NCBI RefSeq assembly: GCF_027921745.1
Contig: NC_079239.1
Span: forward strand, 3,038,001 to 3,102,000
Reading direction: 5' to 3'
DNA length: 64,000 bases
DNA from: Schizosaccharomyces osmophilus
Lineage: Eukaryota
The position numbers were made by a program, and so were the translations under genes. Positions 58,703-64,000 of the stretch are shown in pieces (positions within the stretch are counted from its first letter, which is position 1; each line of letters begins with the position of its first letter). The notes under the pieces were generated by a model. That model worked only from the letters and a program-made list of their open reading frames with translations. It was not told the DNA's origin and did not search any database.

Positions 58703-59830
58703 CTATTTTTTCTTCTTTCTAGGTTGTAGCACGTTCAGCGTTTGAGAAAGCTCCGGTTCTCGCTTTTTGGGAGGAGCGGGTTGGGCATTTCCGTCAATCG
58801 TTTGGGCAACCTTTTCCATAGTAAAGCCATCCACCCTTTGTATAGCTGCAATAGTTTCGTCTAAAAAGGTTTTTGTAGATTGAGAGGCAATCGAAGGAGA
58901 ACGAAAAGAATGTTTTATTAGAGAATCATAAATAATCCGATATAGTTTAGGAGGTAAAACAAGACCAAAACCAGAAGTCTTGTTTCCAGGGAATTCGGCT
59001 TTTTCGAGACGTCTTGGTAAAATCAAACTGTAGAAACCAACCAACTTTCCTGAGCAACACTCTTGGCGAAACGATAAGGTATCCCAAAATTCGGCGACAC
59101 TCATTTCGCTTCGTTGATCTTGAAGTTCATAAAGGTATCTGGCCTTAGGATCATCTGGATATCGCGGAATCATGTCTACGGCTTTTCCTTGTTGTATAGC
59201 CGTTCCTTGTTTCCAAAAGCTATTTGGGAGATAGGATCGAAGAGATGGAAGTCCAGGCACAAACATATATGCCAAATGCTTATCCGTTACAGGGGACGAA
59301 ATTTCCGCTGAACTTTTCTTTTCTTTTGCTTCATTGATTTGTTCTTCGTCAGGATTGTAGTCTTTCCGTATCATTTCTAGACATTTGACCCACCAGTGTA
59401 AAAGGCCGGAATCTGACAAAACACGCTTGTGGCCGTTTTCAGAAGATTCTGGGAAGAGATATTGACCTTGAGAAATAGCGAATAAAGTCACTTCGACCTC
59501 TACAGCACCCTCCTTGTATTGAGTATCAATCACTGTCTCTATAGCAGAGGCTGCGAGACCACTAGAAGAAGCCGGGTGCGTCCCTAATCCACTAGAATCT
59601 ACTTTAGCAACAAAGATGATGCTCTTGTTCAATCTTTTGTAGACTATACATTCCATTCCGAAGACCAATACATCATTCTCTTTCACCAAGAAGAGATGAC
59701 TAGCAAACTTGAAATCCTTCGACTTTTTGCTTTTTCCAAACAAATTATGGCATTTTTCAGATTCACTTTGCAAATAATAGACAGTTAATGACTTACCGAC
59801 TACAATTCTTTTTGACCAAACATCCTGCAT
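58703..59830 (-). CDS. rtt109: Histone H3K56 acetyltransferase
   Basis: FVAKVDSSG, QGQYLFPESS.N..K.VL, IPRYPDDPKAR, FWDTLSFRQEC and a C-terminal LQPRKKKK. Confidence 0.95.
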   Translation of the reverse strand: MQDVWSKRIVVGKSLTVYYLQSESEKCHNLFGKSKKSKDFKFASHLFLVKENDVLVFGMECIVYKRLNKSIIFVAKVDSSGLGTHPASSSGLAASAIETVIDTQYKEGAVEVEVTLFAISQGQYLFPESSENGHKRVLSDSGLLHWWVKCLEMIRKDYNPDEEQINEAKEKKSSAEISSPVTDKHLAYMFVPGLPSLRSYLPNSFWKQGTAIQQGKAVDMIPRYPDDPKARYLYELQDQRSEMSVAEFWDTLSFRQECCSGKLVGFYSLILPRRLEKAEFPGNKTSGFGLVLPPKLYRIIYDSLIKHSFRSPSIASQSTKTFLDETIAAIQRVDGFTMEKVAQTIDGNAQPAPPKKREPELSQTLNVLQPRKKKK

Positions 59831-60008
59831 TTTGCAAGGTTTCTATCTAGTATAGAGAGAGACAACGAGACCATAGAAGCAGTTTAGTGAGTCTTTGCAA
59901 TCTGTTAAACTAAAATTGTGTTACGCTTGTTTTTCCTTCTACATCACTATTTGATGGATCTAGGAAAACACCAAAACTTGGTTACTAACTCCTACTTCTA
60001 CAAAAACC

Positions 60009-60879
60009 ATGAGTGCTTTAAATTTGGATCGTTTGGCGGGATTTTATGATAAAAAGGACTGGCAAAGTTGCAAAAAGGAGCTTGTCAACTTGAAATTGGG
60101 TTTGGCAAAAGAGAATCTGTTCCTACCTACCAGTAATAGAGAGAAGAGTATCTTTGCAAGTATGTAATAATGAAATACAAAGAGAATGAAGTTGTGAGAC
60201 TAACAAGAATACAGGAAATGTGTTCGAATATGGTGTACTAGTATCGATTCAGACGTCAGATATTGAGGCATTTGCACGTTATGCCAGTCAGGTCGTTCCC
60301 TTTTATCATGATTCGGCTCTTGCTCCTTCCCCAAGAATGGGTATGGTGACTGCACTCAACCTTTTGTATTTGCTTTCGGACAACCGCATTGCAGAATTCC
60401 ATACTGCCCTTGAATCTGTGCCAGAAAAGTCATTATTTGAAAAAGATGCACACGTCGTATGGGTCATGTCGTTGGAACAGAATGTAATGGAAGGCGCCTT
60501 TGACAAGGTCGCATCGATGATCCATTCTTGCGCATTCCCTGAATTCAGTTATTTTATGAAGATCGTCATGACTATGGTCCGTAATGAAATTGCATCCTGC
60601 GCTGAAAAAGTGTATACCACGATACCTGTTTCGAATGCGACTAGCTTGTTGTATCTTCCAAACGCAAAAGAGACCGAGGCTCTGGCTGCAGAACGTGGAT
60701 GGATCATAAAAGAGGGCATACTTCATTTCCCTAGTGAAAGCAGCACTGTTGATAATGAAGATGCCATGATGTTGGATGAAGATCAGCAATTAGAGCTTCC
60801 TCCTACAGCAGACAAACATACCATCCAAAGTGTTCGCCAGCTTTTGCAGTACGCAGCAGAGATGGAACAAATTGTTTAA
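60009..60879 (+). CDS. rpn12: 19S proteasome lid subunit Rpn12, 2 exons
   Basis: Exon1 60009-60159, intron 60160-60214 (GTATGT...CTAAC...CAG), exon2 60215-60879. Motifs LLSDNRIAEFHTALE and YAAEMEQIV*. Confidence 0.94.
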
Positions 60880-61085
60880 TTATGATGATGACTCGATATC
60901 TTTAGACTTGGCAAGAAAAATATATGTTAAAGGTAATGATTGTAGATTCTACACGTTAAAATGAAAAGCAAAATGAAAAAAAAAAAAAAGATGATCGTAA
61001 TTGTATAGTATGAGTATCATAACATGGCTAAGAAGACATGGCATTTGCATTCTCCCTTTCCTGGAAAATAAGAATGAGGCCAAAT

Positions 61086-62033
61086 CTATCGTAGAATGTT
61101 TTGAATGTCCGTGTACGTAGGAATCGAATTGGCTGCTCCCTTCCTTTGTACTGTAATTGCGCTGCTTTGAGCTGCAAATTGAAGGGATTCCTTCAAGGGT
61201 CTGTCATGAGAGATTGAGGTTGAGAAAGCACCAATAAACGTATCACCAGCAGCTGTAGTATCTATGGCTTGGACTTTTCTGGCGGGTATATGGGCACTTT
61301 CTCCCGTTTTGGTTTTGTAAAAGGCACCCTCACTTCCTAAGGTAATAATGACCGCTTTGCGAATGCCCATAGCTAGAAGCTTGTCAGCGTATACTTCAGC
61401 ATTTTGAACTGTCGGTGGAGTTTCTGGGCATCCTAATAAAACAGCTGCTTCGTGTTCATTGGGGACCAAATAACTGACATGTTGCAAAAGCTCAGCAGAT
61501 AAAGAAATGGCAGGAGCGGGATTTAGTAAAACATCAACCTGGTGTTTGTGAGCCAGCTCAACTGCTTTCTGAACAGAAGGAAGTGGGATTTCAAGTTGTA
61601 AGATTAAAAGGTCGCTGTGTTGAATTTTTTCTTCTAACGCCTCCACAAAGGAAATATCGACGCAGCTATTCGCTCCCTCAGACAATAAGATTCTGTTTTC
61701 ACCGTTGGATTCCACGATAATCATTGCAACACCGGATGATTTATTAGGGATGATTTTGATAGCCCCAACATCTACATTGTCTTGCTTAAGACCTCGTAAC
61801 ATATCCTGGCCAAAGACATCCTCACCGACACATCCAGTCATGCAAACTCTTGTGTCAGAAGGGTTTGATAACCGAGCTACTGCGACTGCTTGATTTGCTC
61901 CTTTACCACCAGCGCCAGTATGAAAACCATCTGGTTCACCATGCATTGTCTGACCTCCTGCAGGACAGAATTTGGTTTGCATAACCAAATCCATGTTTAA
62001 ACTTCCAAGGACAAGTATATTGCGCGTAGTCAT
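61086..62033 (-). CDS. rbk1: Ribokinase (PfkB family)
   Basis: GSLNMD, GGKGANQAVA, NPAPA, PNEHEA and DTTAAGDTF motifs. Confidence 0.96.
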   Translation of the reverse strand: MTTRNILVLGSLNMDLVMQTKFCPAGGQTMHGEPDGFHTGAGGKGANQAVAVARLSNPSDTRVCMTGCVGEDVFGQDMLRGLKQDNVDVGAIKIIPNKSSGVAMIIVESNGENRILLSEGANSCVDISFVEALEEKIQHSDLLILQLEIPLPSVQKAVELAHKHQVDVLLNPAPAISLSAELLQHVSYLVPNEHEAAVLLGCPETPPTVQNAEVYADKLLAMGIRKAVIITLGSEGAFYKTKTGESAHIPARKVQAIDTTAAGDTFIGAFSTSISHDRPLKESLQFAAQSSAITVQRKGAANSIPTYTDIQNILR

Positions 62034-62402
62034 GATTTAAAACCAAAATAACCGGAATGAGATGAAAGCAATAACTTTTTTGCGTTTGATAGCCAAATTT
62101 GAAAATACCAAGGATTCTAATATAGACTTCGATAAAAATAATAAATTAGAATCAAAAATGAAGTGTGAATAACCAGCGATGTTGGAATTTACTTTTGTTT
62201 GCAATTTCCAGCATGAGTGCTGGCGATTTCCTTTAGGAAAAGTTTGAACGTCACTCTGTAAACAATAAGAGTATTGATTACCCTGATTTTTTAAAACAGT
62301 AAGAAGAGAAAGGAAAAAACTAAGAGCTATGAAATAGGAACAAAATAACGGCAGGAGACCGGCGACAAAAAAAATAAATAAACAGAAAGACGAGAACAAA
62401 AA

Positions 62403-62521
62403 AGCCTACAGCATCCCGGATTCCCATGTTGTCTCCAACCATAGTACTAACGAGACCCTCAGACGCTTAACTGCAGTGATCGGACGGGAACTGGTGTTTT
62501 CGCCTAGGTATGGCCGTAGAC
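62403..62521 (-). rRNA. Dispersed 5S rRNA gene
   Basis: 119 nt: GTCTACGGCCATACCTAGGCG...CCGATCACTGCAGTTAAGC...GTTAGTACTATGGTTGGAGAC...GCTGTAGGCT. The ends pair, a T6 terminator spans 62403-62398, and TATAAATA lies at -29..-22 (62550-62543). Confidence 0.97.
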
Positions 62522-63227
62522 ATTTGTAATGGTCTGTAAAGATATTTATACTTAATGATCCAGTCTTTTATTTGGCTTGATGAACTACAAGATCCAATTC
62601 AACTCAGTTCTATCTGTGTGTTTTGTCACGGTTGAATGGAGAATACTTTCATACTGTAAGGATAAGATTTAAAACAGCAGTTTTCTCTTTTCTATTGATT
62701 CTCATTGTGGTCGCAGGAGCATCAGATTGAGTGTATGAGTTTATGGGTTGAAAATGTTAGTTATATAAATTGGGTTCTACTTGAAATTTTTCATGGTCCG
62801 TCGACTTGACTCCCAAAGTAAACGACAATTCAATGTTTTAAACTACATCAATCGATTCTTCCAATCTGAAAATTTATACTTTCTATGCTGTGAACGAATT
62901 TTACCTCTGGCGGTAATCACTTTCGTTCTTACAATTAATGAAAGACACATCACAGTGTTGAGTAAAAAACTAGTAAATACGATGGTACTTTCCTCAGAAT
63001 AATTAAATAATCATTAAAAAGGGTGTCTATTCATGAAGAAAATGAACGATGCTGTGAAACGAATAAGAAGATTCATAAAAGAGTGAATGAGTAAAGCAAT
63101 CAAAGTCGAAAGATTGATTCTTGCTTCTTTGGACGCAAAAAATGCGGAAACTTGATGGACTGCAATTGACATGGATGGTTTCAAAGAAGATGCGAAGTAT
63201 AAAAACATAAAGCAGGTTCGGTAAAAC

Positions 63228-64000
63228 TCAAACTTCAGCGCTTTGCTCAGCAAGAGGTTGAAGTTCGATTTCTTCGTTCGGAGGTGCTTCATCTCTTCGA
63301 TTTGTCCCTTCTAAATAGGTTAGTACGATGTTACGAAAGGAAGCATTTGCAAAGTGTACATACCGAACATATGATCCACAGCATTTCCTATGCCGCTTCC
63401 TATTCCGTTTCCTAGGCCATTTATGCCGCTTCCTATTCCGTTTCCTAAGGCATTTATGCCGCTTCCTATGCCGTTTCCCATATCGACGACTACTAATCTA
63501 AGTCGTTCACGCGCATTTGCATTCACTAGAAGAGTTAGAATATTTCGCGGGTGTATGACATACTCGTCAAATAAAGAAACAAGACAAAGTTAACAAAACA
63601 AACAGCATAGAAAAAATTGTTGTTTATCTTTTCAAATCCTGAGAACTTCTTTGCAGCATAATACAAGGTGAAACCGGGGACATCGAGAAAACACACATAT
63701 AATGCTGCGATACACATAGTTGACAATACGTTTTTGGTTGCTCTTCCAAATTTCTTTAGAATCTTTTTGGTTGCTCTTCCAGCTTGCGTGAACCATTCTT
63801 TAGGCATTTGAGTTATTACTAATAGTTAGTGAGTCATTAAAAATCCTGAAATTAGTTTCTTACCAATTGTCAATGACAGAAATAGAGCGCACCAAACGCC
63901 AAAAAGTACCCAAACGGCAAGCTGATTAAACGGAATTTCGTAAACAAGAAGAATGACCCTCGCAATAATCAAGCATACATTATATACAATAAAAATAGCA
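63228..64000 (-). CDS. wtf: wtf-family meiotic drive (poison/antidote) gene, last four exons; 5' end beyond the window
   Basis: Exons >64000-63864, 63818-63564, 63525-63364 and 63310-63228, with canonical introns (GTAAGA/GTATGT...CTAAC...TAG), splice into one frame. It encodes hydrophobic segments (AVWVLFGVWCALF), an 11-aa repeat, Gly/Asn IG-repeats (GNGIGSGINAL) and an acidic C-terminus ending ...EIELQPLAEQSAEV*. It lies next to a 5S rDNA. Confidence 0.88.
63389..63478 (-). repeat. 33-bp coding tandem repeat (~2.7 copies) in wtf penultimate exon
   Basis: GGAAACGG(C/A)ATAGGAAGCGGCATAAATG(C/G)C(T/C)TA units encoding GNGIGSGIN(A/G)L. Confidence 0.95.
63731..63780 (-). repeat. 17-bp direct repeat at 33-bp spacing in a wtf internal exon
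   Basis: GGAAGAGCAACCAAAAA at 63780-63764 and 63747-63731 (GRATKKILKKF / GRATKNVLSTM). Confidence 0.9.

Noticed and set aside
63014..63292. 92-aa ORF overlapping the last wtf exon
   Set aside because: Alternative frame running into the T-rich 3' UTR. The spliced wtf frame explains the region.

Overview
Eukaryotic, AT-rich, gene-dense fission-yeast DNA. Short GT-AG introns have CTAAC-type branch points, and the proteins are clear but diverged orthologues of Schizosaccharomyces pombe proteins. It is most likely from the S. octosporus/S. osmophilus/S. cryophilus clade; the species cannot be fixed from the sequence alone. About 1-42 kb is a housekeeping block in the order I recall for S. pombe chr I cosmids c144/c1834: jac1, sfc2 (TFIIIA), gwt1, rps11, rki1, srw1, klp8, cog1, cia2, a 6-phosphofructo-2-kinase-family gene, vrg4, sup45, aro1, the histone H4/H3 pair, alg9, pmo25, klp3 and mak1. 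An apparently inverted sec18 / TMEM70-like / STK19-like (mug51) triplet follows. Next come genes I recall from S. pombe chr II (qrs1, gas4, rpn1301, crb2, rtt109, rpn12, rbk1), with a tRNA-Asn among them. The most notable feature is at the right edge. A dispersed, intact 5S rRNA gene (62403-62521, minus) lies ~700 bp downstream of, and co-oriented with, a multi-exon wtf-family poison-antidote meiotic-driver gene. The ORF track shows this gene only as fragments. Its four visible exons splice into one open frame with 33-bp coding repeats, and its 5' end is outside the window. The wtf/5S association is a described system in these species rather than a wholly new one. Smaller oddities: a kinesin with destroyed switch motifs, a G-tract cluster upstream of pmo25, a candidate spliced uORF, an STK19 homologue and a histone H3 with an SAVG motif. 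Gene names and synteny are from memory and need BLAST confirmation.
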